From contig OZ320319.1 in assembly GCA_976226885.1 (NCBI GenBank), positions 74,152,001 through 74,216,000 of the forward strand: a DNA stretch of 64,000 nt, in the 5' to 3' direction. The notes under the pieces were generated by a model that saw nothing but the letters and a program-made list of their open reading frames with translations, was not told where the DNA came from and made no database searches. The stretch is from Iphione sp. A-MEVVRFRX5. Its lineage: Eukaryota. A program made the position numbers and the translations under genes. This document shows positions 22,921 to 37,200 of this stretch, one piece after another; positions within the stretch are counted from its first letter, which is position 1; each line of letters starts with the position of its first letter.

Positions 22921-23482
22921 TTAGTGGTAGAAAACGGGTGAGAACATATATTTCAAGTCTAATATTCATATTAGAGAAACAGAGCATTAGGTGAATAGGC
23001 AGGTTGATGACCATATAAATCCGTGGCGTCCAAGCAAAAACAAGTTGTGTCGTATTATGTGAAATGACTATTTTAAAGGATCTTAATGGTTAGATCTCCC
23101 AGTTCTCAGTGCAAGTCCGTTAAATAATACTTGGTAATAACAGCTGTACATGTATTTGTCGTGTTCAAGAACAGACAGACATAGCAAAAAAGCAGACGTT
23201 AATATCGAATGATCCCATGCTCTTTCATTGCAATAGTACCGGATGACACCCGGCTCGGCAGCAGTAAGTTACATTTACAGTTGTACTAGTATAGTATCCT
23301 AATCAAACTTTCCAAACCTGTCACGGATTTAAGTAAGATTAACTAAGACCGCTGTTGCCCGCGTGACAGCCTTCTTATTTTGTTGGTGGATTGAGAAAGA
23401 AATATCGAATTAGCGAGTATGACATAGTTACACGGATGTCAGCTGAAGGCCACTTGAACACTCAATATTCTCTTTCGTCTAG

Positions 23483-23710
23483 GTAGTCCATCGATCTTCG
23501 TGTTCGACAATAGCATGAACGGGGCTCAGGAGACGGCTTCACCCGTCAGCAGGTCGTTTGTCTCTGTGAGGACTGAAGAGACATCCGCACGTTATCTTAG
23601 ATATGAACGGAAAATCCCTTTGGAGGACTGTCTCATTGTCTGTTACTACAATACGAAGGACTTCGTGGGGATAATTCACGCCAGGAACAAATGTTGGTGT
23701 GTTCCTTCAG
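23483..23710 (+). CDS. Candidate exon with a WSC/PAN-like cysteine motif
   Basis: Acceptor tctttcgtctag, 228 nt, phase 1-1, open. Ends PLEDCLIVCYYNTKDFVGIIHARNKCWCVPS (C-x3-C-x15-C-x-C, WSC-like spacing). Donor GTTGAC is weak. Confidence 0.4.
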
Positions 23711-23943
23711 GTTGACAGAACAAAGAAAGGTATACACATCACCCACGAACTGATAATTTTGGGTGTGCTGGGGAAATTAATGAGTCAAAGCATATGGGGA
23801 GTTTGTACGCTAAAGCCAGCGGAAGACGTTCTGACATGGGTTTTAGCAAGAATTAACGCCAGTTCAATTCAACCACAGATACTAAAGTGTGGTATAACGT
23901 TTCTTCTAATTCCATTTAAACAGTTTTTCAGGCAAAGTGTTTA

Positions 23944-24551
23944 GGACTGGTTTCCATGCACACGTTTTTTCTGAAGTACATGTCAGGTGTGGAAAATGAG
24001 CTGTTTTTTGCACAAGCACAGAGNNNNNNNNNNNNNNNNNNNNNNNNNNNNNNNNNNNNNNNNNNNNNNNNNNNNNNNNNNNNNNNNNNNNNNNNNNNNN
24101 NNNNNNNNNNNNNNNNNNNNNNNNNNNNNNNNNNNNNNNNNNNNNNNNNNNNNNNNNNNNNATTGGTCAAAATTGTGTGTTTTTTTTTAATTGAGGTTGA
24201 GGCATATTGGTCACAATTGTGCCGTTCTTCATGGAGGCTGAGTCATATTGGTAGAAATTGTGCTGTTTTTATACAAATGATATGCAAATTACATAATATG
24301 TCACATCATGTAACATATGTTACACAGTGTTACTCCTTCTTTGAAGGACTATTCCATTATGCTACTAATCCGTGTGTGTGTACGTGGTGTGGAAAATAAT
24401 GAACATTGTCTGTTTTCTGTCTCCAGAAATGGAGCCCGGAGCCCAGAGCACAGATACATTGAAACAATCATGTTGAAAGTCATTGTGTTGTTTTTTTCCA
24501 GAGCCCAGGCTCCATGCTCCAGAGGAAATCTCTGTGCAAGGAAACCAGGCC
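23944..24551. mobile_element. PIF/Harbinger-type MITE spanning the N gap
   Basis: tta-GGACTGGTTTCC...GGAAACCAGGCC-tta. Interior similar to 60040-60604. Confidence 0.6.
24024..24161. other. Assembly gap (138 N)
   Basis: Run of N. Confidence 1.
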
Positions 24552-27500
24552 TTACTCTTAGTTTTCAATTTTCCTCAGGCTGATTGCATGATCACTCTTA
24601 TTTCAAGGAAAAATAAGCATATCATATCAATGTACACGACTAACCTATGCTTCTTACAAGACCAACTGACAAATATTAATATGACATTTAATTGGTTTTG
24701 AAGCTAAAACATGGACCTAACTTCATATTCATGATAGCACAATCTTTCACCCCCTATATGAGACACCAAAGTGAATGATTATTTGCCTTCCTGTGTCACA
24801 CTGTACATTACAGAGCTTCAGCAATGATAAGATATTCCTGATATAAGTGATGTATCACCATCTGACTGGACAACATGTTTTACAGTCATGATATCTATCA
24901 ATTAAAGTGTTTAATAGCCAAAAATATCATGCCATTTTGTCATGTGACTCATATAACCAATCCTAGCAGATGACATTGAGCAACACTGTCACTCATGTAT
25001 GACTGTATTAGAGTTATGACTGTTGCATATCATTATGTGGTTATGTAAATGTATGGATATAATTATAGGGATTGAGAAAATCATGAGGCATCTATATTTA
25101 TTTTCAAAGTATAGGCCTATAAGAAAGTGCAGTACACTGATGCTGTGACTAGAAAACTTTAAAACTTTTTTAAAACTTTTTAAAATTTTAAACTGTATAA
25201 AATTTTAAATTGTATATGACCATAGTAAATCAAAGTATGACTGTCATGTTGTGGTGGATGGGCCTGACTATGTGACAGTATAGCAATGAGTCAATTGCCC
25301 TCTTATCTCATAACTCTCCATGCGAATCATATCGAGAATAACATTAACATTTGAATGTATTGTATTAAAAAGAACATCATGTACATAACAAGTATCTCGA
25401 CATGTAGTGACAAACACTTTATTACTATGGTTGGGGTATGTTTAAAATTGGCTTTATTTCTGGTGAGATATCTGTGTGGAAAATGGCAAGAAAAGGTGTA
25501 CGATATTAACACTTAAAAGCAGTGTTTTTGTGCAACTCAGTGTCATTCACCAAAAAGAACACAACTTTTCCAGAACATCTTTTTTTTCTTTTAGTATCCT
25601 TATATGCCTTAACGTCTTTCAATTCGAAAGGTTAAAGTACACCATGTGCAGATAGCAATGCCAGTCAAAGGTTCAATTGTAATAATCATCCAGCAAGTGA
25701 ATAATACCTCAACATTAACTATATGGAATGTGACTGGAGGATGTTATAACACTAAGTACAGCGGACTGGAGGAAAACAAATGACGGAATGATAAAAATAT
25801 CTGAAAAGGCCCCTTTTCTTTGGAGAAGAAACTACTGCACGGTTCAGCCAGAGACTACCCTTCTTATTTCCTCCTTTAGAACAATATGCAGCTTTTTACG
25901 AAATAATGGGAGTTTCTTTTTATGAGGACTATACTATAAATTCCAAGATTACAAGCGATTCACTTTTGAAAAAGGTCTTGCTTTTGAAGTTTCGTCAAAA
26001 GAGAATTGTATAAAATATCTTTACCTTTCAGCCTTTTAACTAATCAATCATTCCTTTAACTCTTAACTCTTGATAAATTCTATCTTATCGAGTTGATATA
26101 GCAACATTATTCTCTTTACTAAACATGCTGATTCGATCCAGATTTTAAAGGAAACAGACCTCATTTGAGACATCAAAACTGGAATAACAAATACTTAAAA
26201 AATGAAACGTATTAAAAAGAACCATGTATGTTTTGACCAGCGGTGTGTTACACAGTGGGCAAATCATATGCCTTGCAGTTATCACTTCGGAAATACTTGT
26301 TGCTCTTTTATAATGGAATTAGCAGTAACACAAACAAAGTACTCTGCGAAATATACAATGCAGCGAAAAAGCATTAGCACCTACGTGATTGCTGATAAGA
26401 TATGAAACATGATACAACGAAATAATACTAGAAACGGACGTATATAAAATAAGGAAAACATACGTACACTGAATTTACAGGAAACAGTATATCACAGCTT
26501 ACAAGAATGCTACACATTCGGTAAAATGTATCAGGTCGACTAAATATCACCCATATCTTAGACAACTATGTATCTTAAGACAGAATAGTAATTTTGGCAC
26601 GACATCATGATAAAACGTTCCAGGAAGACATCTTTTCACGTGAACAGCATGAGCAAAACAATATGGCATTTTATCCATTGTCTACTTTAAAGTACAATGA
26701 ATACATCACAGCATTAGTGTCTCATATTTATCACAATGTGTGGACAGAAGGTCGATCAGATCTGTATGGCATGCAAATAACATAAGACAATCAGAGGCTC
26801 TCATTTGTGCAAAAAAAATGTACCAAGTTTGAAACTAAAGTGAAACTGGTGCACGTAATTCGCCCCTTAATCTAGTTTCACAGCTCTTTAGCGAGCAAAT
26901 ATCGAGCAGAGGAATGTTTCGTTGAACCATTTTAGGATTTAAATGGGTAAATCTGTTAGATTTCGATAGTTCGACCATCACGATGTGACTATCAAAACAC
27001 ATTTCAAACGTTGCCGTGCTGACCCAGACGGCAACCAAAATTTTTCAACAGACCCTTGATCACAGCTTTGACGCTTGTTGAAAATATCCAAGCCTTCGGA
27101 AGAGGTTCTGTTACTGCTTTATCAATGGCTCCAGGATGCTCTTATATTCCTAGATTTGTCCCCTTCTGAATAATTCATTTTTGTGAGCACTCTACTTCCT
27201 ATAGCTCACAGTGGAAATGTTTTCAACGTTGCCGCAACCAGGGGCTGGTGTCAAGCGAACATATGGTCATTTACTTCCCTCTCCAGGGCTGACCTAAGCT
27301 CCTGAGGTGTCAGAAATCCATAGATAGTGTATGAACGTAACCTAGGAGAGAACTGGCTAGAGTGGGGCTTGTTTTCGCTCCATTCATCGACTCAAGTCGA
27401 TAAACACTGTCGATGCGAGCAACGAATCTCTTACAGAGTCCCATTGAGCCCAGGGAGTGGACCTAATGTATCATATTTCAAGATCAGCAGGGTGTTGTCG

Positions 27501-28025
27501 TAAGATACTAAACAGGCGGTTCAAACTCTTCACTGTACATAGTAGGGGCTGTTCTGATTAGCACGTGTCTGGATAAAGGGATATCATTGCATTCAGTGGT
27601 CAAGATTGATGTCCTAGCTCTCATTATCAGTGAAGTAGGACATTTGTATGTTTTGACTGTGAAGCTCAATTTGCCACAGCATAACAACGCTAATCGATGT
27701 ATTAGCATGTATATACTCATCAAGCCAATAAGGTATAAACCGCTAAGGTGATAGGTAAAAAAAGGCTAGGTGTACTTTAGCAATATCGATAAGGATATAA
27801 AAAAATACATTTTTTCATCATAATGCTCGATATCGATTCATTATTTCATAATTACCTCCATTATGGTTCAATCAAACGTTACAGGCGAATAATGCACAGA
27901 GTCTGTGGCTGGAGTTTTATATCTCTCATTTATATTAAAGATTAATAAGGACCTTGCCAGTAATCTTCAGCTACCAAGTTCTACATAGATCAAACGGCAG
28001 TTGTGATTGAGACCTGCAACTGTTG

Positions 28026-28275
28026 CTAATACTGCATGTTCTCCTTTATCTTCATGAACTCGGGAACCTCTAGGCCGAGCCACTGGAGCAACTCGAAGTA
28101 GGAGAAGACAAACGCTCGCGTCATGTCCTGAGTGTGCTCGAGTCCGTGGGCCTCCAGTTGTAGGCTTCGGTTGTACTTGAGTCTCCTCTCCAACTCGGCT
28201 TGCTTGCGAGCCATTTCCTCGGCTAGTCTCTTGGCCTCCTCCATCTGCCTCTTCATGTCTTCCTCCCGCTTGATC
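28026..28275 (-). CDS. KIAA2012-like terminal exon
   Basis: IKREEDMKRQMEEAKRLAEEM...RAFVFSYFELLQWLGLEVPEFMKIKENMQY*; acceptor ttgttgccatag. Confidence 0.88.
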
Positions 28276-31200
28276 CTATGGCAACAAGGGGCAAATGTTG
28301 TCTCAGATGTACATTCAATGCATAGGTTTTAACCCATAGTTAGTTTGTCATCTAGCTTGATATACGATAATCTTTTATGCAAGTCGGATTTAGCCATACG
28401 TCTTGACCTATCGGTCTGTCTGTCTGTCTGTCTGTCCGTCCGTCTGTCTGTCTGTCTGTCTGTCACTGTCCATCTACCTGTCTGTCTCCATGCGTTCACA
28501 TTTTGATATTCAGCTAGTACGTATGCTCACTCGAGTCAGAAAAACAACACCTTTTCACAATTAGTTTAGGTTGCGTAATATTACGAAAACAAAGCGAAAA
28601 ATATTATAAAGTACAGGGTGTATATTGGTATTCGAGTTAAAAGTGATAATTATAATAATATTCTTCGCAGACTAATGCAAATTAGTAAATTGTAAGTGAT
28701 TGCGCAATTTTCGACACGATATTAAGAACATAAGGCATTTTCACAATCGAACATGATTGAACATATTCAACACAATAACATTTACCGCCAGATGACTATT
28801 TTGTTTTTTTAAGTATTCTATAACTTAAGGAGTCATAACAAGTTCATGCTTAACTATCTGACAAATCTTCAAAGTCTACTAAATTCTAATGAGGTTAAGA
28901 TATTTAGACTACTGCTTAATGTAACAGATTCTAAAAGGGTATTCTTTTAATCTTCTAGTTGTATATACTGCTGAAAATTTGTAAACACTTTCATCCAGGG
29001 TCACTCAACTTTGAATATCCATGAATGGATGAGTCAACATTCAGTTTTCAAAGTACATATCACACCATAAATATGGTATAAAATAGCCAACTGCAAAGAC
29101 ACCCAACGCTAGCACTTCGCCATCAAACAAAATGTAAAATAAATGGTTTGTATTAGGGTAGACGGGTTGGGTTTAAAGTCGATCGGGCAGTTATCTATTT
29201 GACTGGTTAGATGTAAGGACTTACCTCTCTCTTTCCCTATTATAAATAATGTACAATTTATAACAAATCTTTTACAAAAGTAATGCACTATTACTAACAG
29301 AATAATGTACAGAGCACTTATTCTTAGCCTTGGTTATCTCTTATATTTACCTCTTAATGTTTTTTATAACATTTATAAAATTCTGGGCAATTTCAGTCAT
29401 CAAAAACTCCACTTTAATGAAAGATTAAGATATGCAAATTTCAGTTCACTGATTTTGCATGAATTAAGATTACGATTATTTTGGATGGCTTCCTTGTGAA
29501 GGCAATCGTAATGTACTACCGTTTCAATAAAAAGGCATCTATTTAGTCCAATGTGCCGTCCCCTTATCTTCGATTGAACCACACAAATGAATACAATCCT
29601 AAACAAAATGTTGAATTAATATGCTCTTGTAACTCTTACATCATCTCCACTATCCATGCTTACGGCTTAGGAATCTATTAAAGAAAACAGCCTTTGCAAC
29701 ATCGACATCATTTTTTTATTTCGAGATAAAATCATTCATAGTATGTAATGTTTCAAATTGATGGTAACTATTTTTTCAGAACTTGGGCGAATGAGCATTA
29801 CAACAACTGAAAATATCTTAATCTATCATAAAAATGGAACAAAAATTACTTCTTATCCTTAATAACGAATATGTACATAATGAAAATTTCAAAAGAAATA
29901 ACTGACCTTGCCTCTTCCTCTTCTATCCTCCTTCGCTCCTCTTCCTCCCTCTTCTTCCGCTCATATTCCTTCCTCTCTTCCTCCTCCATTTCAGCCATTT
30001 TCTGTTCTTCAAGTTTGCGGAGTTCTTCCTCTTCCTTTCGTTTTGCTTCTTCGAGTTCTTTAACAAAAATTAGTTCCATCATTTTCTCTCAGGTGAACGG
30101 ATTTATTGCCTTTCGCTAAAAAGGTGGTGATGAAATTAATGTTGGAGTATATTATTTATTTTATCAATTACGAAGATATGTGCATTTGAACGGATATCGT
30201 ATGAAATCATTGTGATATACATGCACTCAAATTGTATACCCGATAAAATGGAAAAGCCAACAGTATTTCAAATTTGAACTAACGACATAAATTATTTGGA
30301 CGTCATACAAACCTTTCCTGCGCCTTTCTTCTTCAAGAGCCTTCCTTTTCAATTCTTCCATCTTCCTCTGATACTCTTCCTTCATTCGCCTTTCTCGCTC
30401 AGCCTCTTGCTGCGCCCTCTTGAATTTTTCTCTCTCTTCTTGCTCTGCTCTCCGAGCCTCTTCTTCTCGCCTTAATTTCTCTAACCTGTGAACAGAGTTA
30501 CATATGGAATATCGTGCGTGGCTGCAGTCAAGAAGACAGTGACTCTACATCCCTACGTATCAAAACAGACATAAAGACGTAAAAGTCTGGAGTAAAAAAG
30601 AGATTGTGAATATCGAAAGAGCTTTGTACAAAACTATACCCAGTTATATACACACTCACAGATATAATATCTTTGGAACCTAGCATTAATGTGTAACTAC
30701 CTCCGCGGGAATGGGCTGCATGTATGTGGAAAAAAGTTACTTCTAAAAACACTACCTCTTCATTTCCTCTCTTTTCTTTCTTTCCTCATCTAGTTCTTGT
30801 TGAATTCTTTCCTTCCTTTCCTGCTCTTCCTTCTCCCGTTTCACCTGCTCCTCCTTCTCCTTTCTCTTCCTGTCTACCTCCTCTCTTCTCTTGGCTGCTT
30901 GAGCCGCTCTCTTTGCCGCGCGAGCTTCGCGTGCTGTGATTTGTTTCAACTTTATTTTTTCCTCCTTTTAAAATATGGTAAAAGGTCGTAATCAGAATAT
31001 AACTGGTATGAAGGCATTCCTTAATACTGTTTGACAAACGAAATAATATATAGAAGCATAATTTAAGGAAATTTACTTTAAAATTCCAAGGGAAACGGCA
31101 TTCTAGTGTGATTACACTTAATAGGATTACACCAATCATATAACAAAAAATTCAATGTATTAATGACTCGGTAGATCGCTCCTTAATTATAGTTCTCTTC

Positions 31201-34200
31201 TCATAATTCATATCAAAACAATCTTAGGAAACTTGGCTGGGTGTTTGGTGTCACATCATTTACAGCAGCATGTACATATTTAACACTTGTCAAATCTCGC
31301 CAAAAACGTGATCCCGTCACCGTGGGCGCTACTTGAAAAGGGACTGCAAGAACGGACAATGGTAGGCGGAAATCGTGCATATAGGATCGACAGACTGGCA
31401 TGCGAAGATAACAGATCCTTAATAAGGGGGAATCGTTTCCAAAAAAATGGGCAGCTTTAAACAACAAAAACTGCGGCTACTTACGTCCTCATCAGAATCC
31501 TATGGGATAGATTTCCAAGCAAAAACAAAACAGTCAAAAAGGTTACTGCTGTTACAAATATTATCAACTAGATTACAAACAGGAAAATAAGTAGGAAGCC
31601 TTCTACGGAAGTGGTACTGCACTTCGTACAAATGCAAAGTACACTGTTTGAGGGTTATTAAAAAAGGCAAAAAATATCAAAATTATAAATGAAAAATGAA
31701 GATACCAGAGCGAATTTAGTATTCACAAAAGAGCAGGAAGGAAATGTCCTACACTGATACAGAGGTTCGTTTGACGAGGAAGGGAATTTGCTTGATTAAG
31801 ACTAGTATATTATCGTTTATACATATCAACTTTGTTATATCGGTTTTGTTAGATGAATGAAATATCTTGCATTATCAATAATATATTTTTAACATGTAGA
31901 ATAAAGAAAGGCAGAAACATACACAATTTTAGTTTTTGAATTCCTTTTTAGTCTTTTGAAAAGGAGGATCCGGTGAGAAAATTGAAAAGGCCCATTAATG
32001 TCGTCATTTCCATCGTTAATATAGAACATGATTTTAGAATGATTCACCTAATACAGATGATCCGAAAAAGTTCAGTTGGGTAGGAAATCCTATTGTTACG
32101 ACAGTAAAAGGTAACACTGAGTAAAGTGGTAGGCAACTGGCAATTGAAGGTCAATAAGCCGAACCCAGGGTTCATTTTAAGCAAGACCACTTCGTCAAGA
32201 TCAAGAGTGGAGTTTGGATTCCCTTACCAGAGCGGCTTTTCGCTTATTCTGTCCCCATTCAATGGTAATGGTAATTGGAAACAGTATTATTATCGGCATC
32301 CATACAAACATATTGGTAAATACAACATCTATAAAGGCCAAATGTTAATCGTGCTGATTTTCACATGATGGTCTTATTTGGATTTTAACAGCCTTTGTGG
32401 TAGATATCAATGAAATAATTATATCTATATTTTTCAGAGACTTGTTTTGATTTAGAATGCAGTTTTCAGATCTCCTCATTTAATTGCTTTTAGCATACTT
32501 ATAAGTATATCTTATTTCGATACCATGACTTTAATGTTAAGATTTTACATAATAACTATAATACAGCATATCGATTTTGCATTGCTATCATATGAAGTCT
32601 ATTTATTTCTTAATGGTTCTTTGGCAAGAATATGGTGAACACTTTCACACCAAAACAAACTACTAAAGGTAGGGAAATTCATCTTTTGTGTTATTACTTT
32701 GAAAGTAGAGATATTTTATTGGGTAAAGGGAGGAGGCAGGTATCATATCCCTCGGGGTAAGATAAGAAGCAAGAGTATTGGTTTCAACCCAGAAAGCATG
32801 CTGTTAAGAAAGAATACATAATCACAAAACATTTCAGATTTGGTTGGTCCTTCTAAGGCACTCGAGAATAATAAGGATAATAAAAATATTATTATTACTT
32901 TTCGAAAACAAAAATAAAGATAATTATATATGTACATGTATTAGCCCCCGTCCCAGTCGACACCCTTACCTCTTGTTCAATCTTTTCGTTTTTCTCCTGA
33001 ACATGACAATACAATAAGCTTATTTATCTTAAATCATTGCAAGAGCGCAACCCTTTTCAAGCATAAGCACATAGGTTCACCAAATCTAGACGCATCAAGA
33101 TATATATGGAGCGAGGTAATGAGGGCAAGCACTACAGAGATGAAAAATACACGAGAAATACATAAATTTACAAGCTTTCAAAGTGATACGTCATTTTTTC
33201 TATGGATAAACTTTTCCCTTATGAATATAATAAAAAGCTCATCACAGAAAACGACCGAGAAGATCAAGGAGCCACACATTCAACCAAATGATCGCGACAC
33301 ATTAAAAAAAAAAGGGTTTACTCACTATTTCGGATTCATCGGGTTCAGACTGTTTTACGGTTGATGGTGCAGACGGGATTTCTGGTTTGACTTCCGGTTC
33401 TGGTTCTGGTTCCGGTTCGGACTCGGATGAAACGTCATTGATGAAGATGAACTCCATCTCTTCCTCTTCCTCTGGCTCAGGTGTAGGGGTGATTATGGAG
33501 TGAACACTCTCCGATGGCGCTGGAGTTGGAGCCTGAAAATGAGAGAGCCCGATTCAATCTTGAAAAGAAGATGTAATGTAGATATGGACCTTTATGCTTT
33601 GAAGGAGAAAAGATGACTTTAGAGGGATACGTAGCTTCAGTGGCAATTCTTATACAGGTCAAGAAAATGCTGTCTGTATCTAAAGTGTGTCTCTGTCTAT
33701 AAATGTATTTGCCTCTCTTTCTGTCCGTCTCTCTAGCCCAAGGTATTTTATCTCTGTCCTATCAGTTACATGTACCCTTCACTGAATGAATGCTTGTACA
33801 GCAAACACAAATGAACCTATATCCACACTACCCTCTGTTAGATGCATCAATGCATGCATGTGTAACTAGAGGCTATATTTGCGGAAGGCCTGGGTATCTA
33901 CCTGCATATAATATCATATGCATTCGTTTTCTAAATATTGGGCATCAAAAGAGCAGATTGATTTTTGAGGTACAGTGTGTATTTACGAATAGCTATGAAT
34001 CCTTGTTCGCACGTATTTGTATGTATGTTGGGAGGAAGAGAAAAACATTCTGCTTTTAAATGTGTGTATTTGAATATGCATATGTATACATTATTATAGG
34101 TAGGTATGCATGCATGTATACACATGTACACACATACACACATACGAATATACAGTAGAACGTTTAGTGATGGGCCATCCCAGAACGAGGGCCACCTCTT

Positions 34201-37200
34201 AAACTGGGACAGGTTTTGTCAGACTGAATGCTGTTATCTATAGTTTATTCATGTCTCAGAACTGGGTCTCCCCCAAATGGGAACAGAAACTGGGAACCAA
34301 GGGCATTCCCGGTTCAGAGGTTCTAGTGTATATGTACATGCCGAGGAAATACAGCAGTTTCTGTGTACTTCCTTCTTCTTTCAGGTAAACATTTAAGGAA
34401 GAGGCCATTTGACACAAATATCTCCTTCATCAACCTTACCTTTTTATGTGCATTCCTGCGAAGTTTGTGTCACCTTTGCATGTTATTCCTGCTGAATTAC
34501 CGATTCGTAACCCGTAAAACATCACCGACTTTCACTTTTACAGATTGATTGAAGCACAGATACATGGGTACACACATACAAATTAATGTGTACACGTGTG
34601 TATGGCTAGCCGGTTTAGGTACCATTTGATTTGCCTGGCACAGAATCACGCACATATATGTACATACACACTGACAATTACAAACATTAACAATACAAAG
34701 TTCCATATAATTGTACGGAGTCAAATGTACCAGTACACATTTTTTTCTAGCATATAATCAGTACCATGCAGAACCATACACACAGACACACGGACTAACA
34801 GAGCTGCAGACACACAAACATGAATTGTATAAGACACATATATATCATATTTTATAGTGGCTAGAATTCTACGTCCTTGTCACGTACTTTCACGATCTCT
34901 GTAACAGGCGGAGGTGGGGTGGGCTCTTTCACGGGCTCCTCCACTTTCTCCTCCACAGGTGGCGCCACTGGTGCCTCCTCCACCGGGGGTGTTACTTCCT
35001 TCGCCTTGCCCTTCTTGCCTTTCTTTCCCTTGGCACCTTTCTTCGCGGGCGCCGGTTTCTTGGCATCGGACTTCTTTGCTGCAGGTTTTGCTTTGGGCGC
35101 AGGGGGCACTCGTGGCTTTTTCGCTGAATACAAGAGGAACATTCTTGAAATAGAAAAATCCCTGCATTACTATGAAAATGTTGAAAATTCATAAGGCTGC
35201 AGTCAGAACTACTGGAATGGCGGACTTCCAAATAAAAGGTCTACTCTAATAGTGTTTAGCCCCTGAATCAATTGCATATAAGGATTTCCTTTGGTAGAAT
35301 TTCTTCGGTTTCAACATTTTAAATTCAACTACAGCGAATAGATCAAAGAGCCTGTACGTGGAGATCAGGTCATTGCTATTTTGGCAAGGTCAATACATGC
35401 ACTGTTTTTCTGGTTGGAATCCCTTACAAAATACCTAACTTAAATTATGTCATTATTCCTCTTCACCAAGAGATGGCCCAAGAGGAGGACGAATAACCTG
35501 AACTTGAACGTATATTAGCCAGTTAAAAAGACAGGAAGCCTACATAACCAAATAATGCTGTTATTTCCTCCCATTGTGATAACACACAAGGGCAAGATGG
35601 CGTAATAAGGGAATGATGACTTTATCAGCTAAGAAACCTGATCTTATGGCATGAGTATGACAGACAAGAGAGGACTGATATATATTACTTGCATATATAT
35701 ATATGAAATATCAATAGATAAAGTATGGAGAGACCTATACAATATTTTGCGGAGACACTACTTGATTCCTTAAACCAGTCGCTAAATGGGTTGAATATTT
35801 AGAAAATAAACGACGGTACTACGGTATATTATATACAATATGCATCACTCACGCCTTCGGGCTCTTTTGATATCTGTTAAAATGCACATAATTTATCATA
35901 TCAATGCAAGACAAAATACTTTATTGATGGTGACAGCCTATATATTGCTACATGTAAGAGGTTCATGTCTGTACTTTAATAGACTATAAAAAATATATTC
36001 CCAGCATGAGATCATTGTCCTAAATATAGATATTGTGGTATGGCATTTACTTTGAAATGCCTCCAAGAAAATGTTTTACGGAGACAACTGTACGTGCACA
36101 GGCCATGGGAACACACTGAAGCAAGTGCTACTGCAAAAATAGGAGGAATCAAGTGCACAATGCCGCGTGCTGGCGAGAAAAAAGACGATTTGTTGTTAGA
36201 ACAACATATCCTGGCTGGTGCAACGTGCTCAGTATTGAAGATATTAACATAATGAAGCTGGTCAAGTCCTTCATGGCAGGATACCATGCAAAACACATGA
36301 TAATTTAAGATATCAACTGTGGCAAGTGTGAAAATTTGTTCACGATCGTTTCCTAAGCTTTCAAACCTGCAATAGCAATTAGCAGAAGAACACAATATTT
36401 CTTTTCAATGCTACGCCAGGCAAATTTCTCTTTTTACCTGGTGAGATTTTGCGCAATCTCACTAACTTACTTTTAAAATCGCTTTCCGCCGCTGTAGGAT
36501 ACAAATCTCATTTATTTAATATGAAATTAAAGACAACATCAAGAACATAGGTACACACTTATTTCCTTAGAAAAGGATACGTTTTCAGAGATAAAAGCGC
36601 CTTCAGTCTACACATGGCTACTAAAATGTCTTGATCAATCTTGGCTCGTAATTTATCAACTCTACTCTTAGTGGAATATATAATATAGCAAAATAATCCC
36701 CAGTTTCAATGGGCAGGAATATATATATACTCATATATTGCATATGTTATATATAACCGGAGTGCGTCAATTTATACTCAAATTGACGCACTCCGGCGCA
36801 GTACATGGGAAATGTCCCTGGTTCGTACTGCTGAACCAAGCATGAAAAATGCATTACAGTTGAATAGACAAATAACCAGGTTACTCACGCAGATCTTTAG
36901 CAGGAGGTGGCGGCTCAATGGGAGCATAAAGCTTTTGCAGTTCAGCTTGATGGTCGACTTTGCCTAAAATGTTGTGAGAAAATTCCATTAAATAATGCAT
37001 AACTACACAGGTACCTTAACACTAGGTTTCTTATTGATAGCGATCCGTTATACTTTGATGCACTATACAAATAAAAAGAGTGATGATAATTCCAGGGGGT
37101 CAGAACGAAGATAGTAGGAAATGATTCCAATCAAATCAATCATCATGTCAGTATTTCAGACCGTCATGTGAGAGAATTCGCTATACCATCAATACAGTTG

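Noticed and set aside
23928-24399. ORFs crossing the first N gap (likewise 56484-56826 at the second gap)
   Set aside because: Artefacts of translating N as X.
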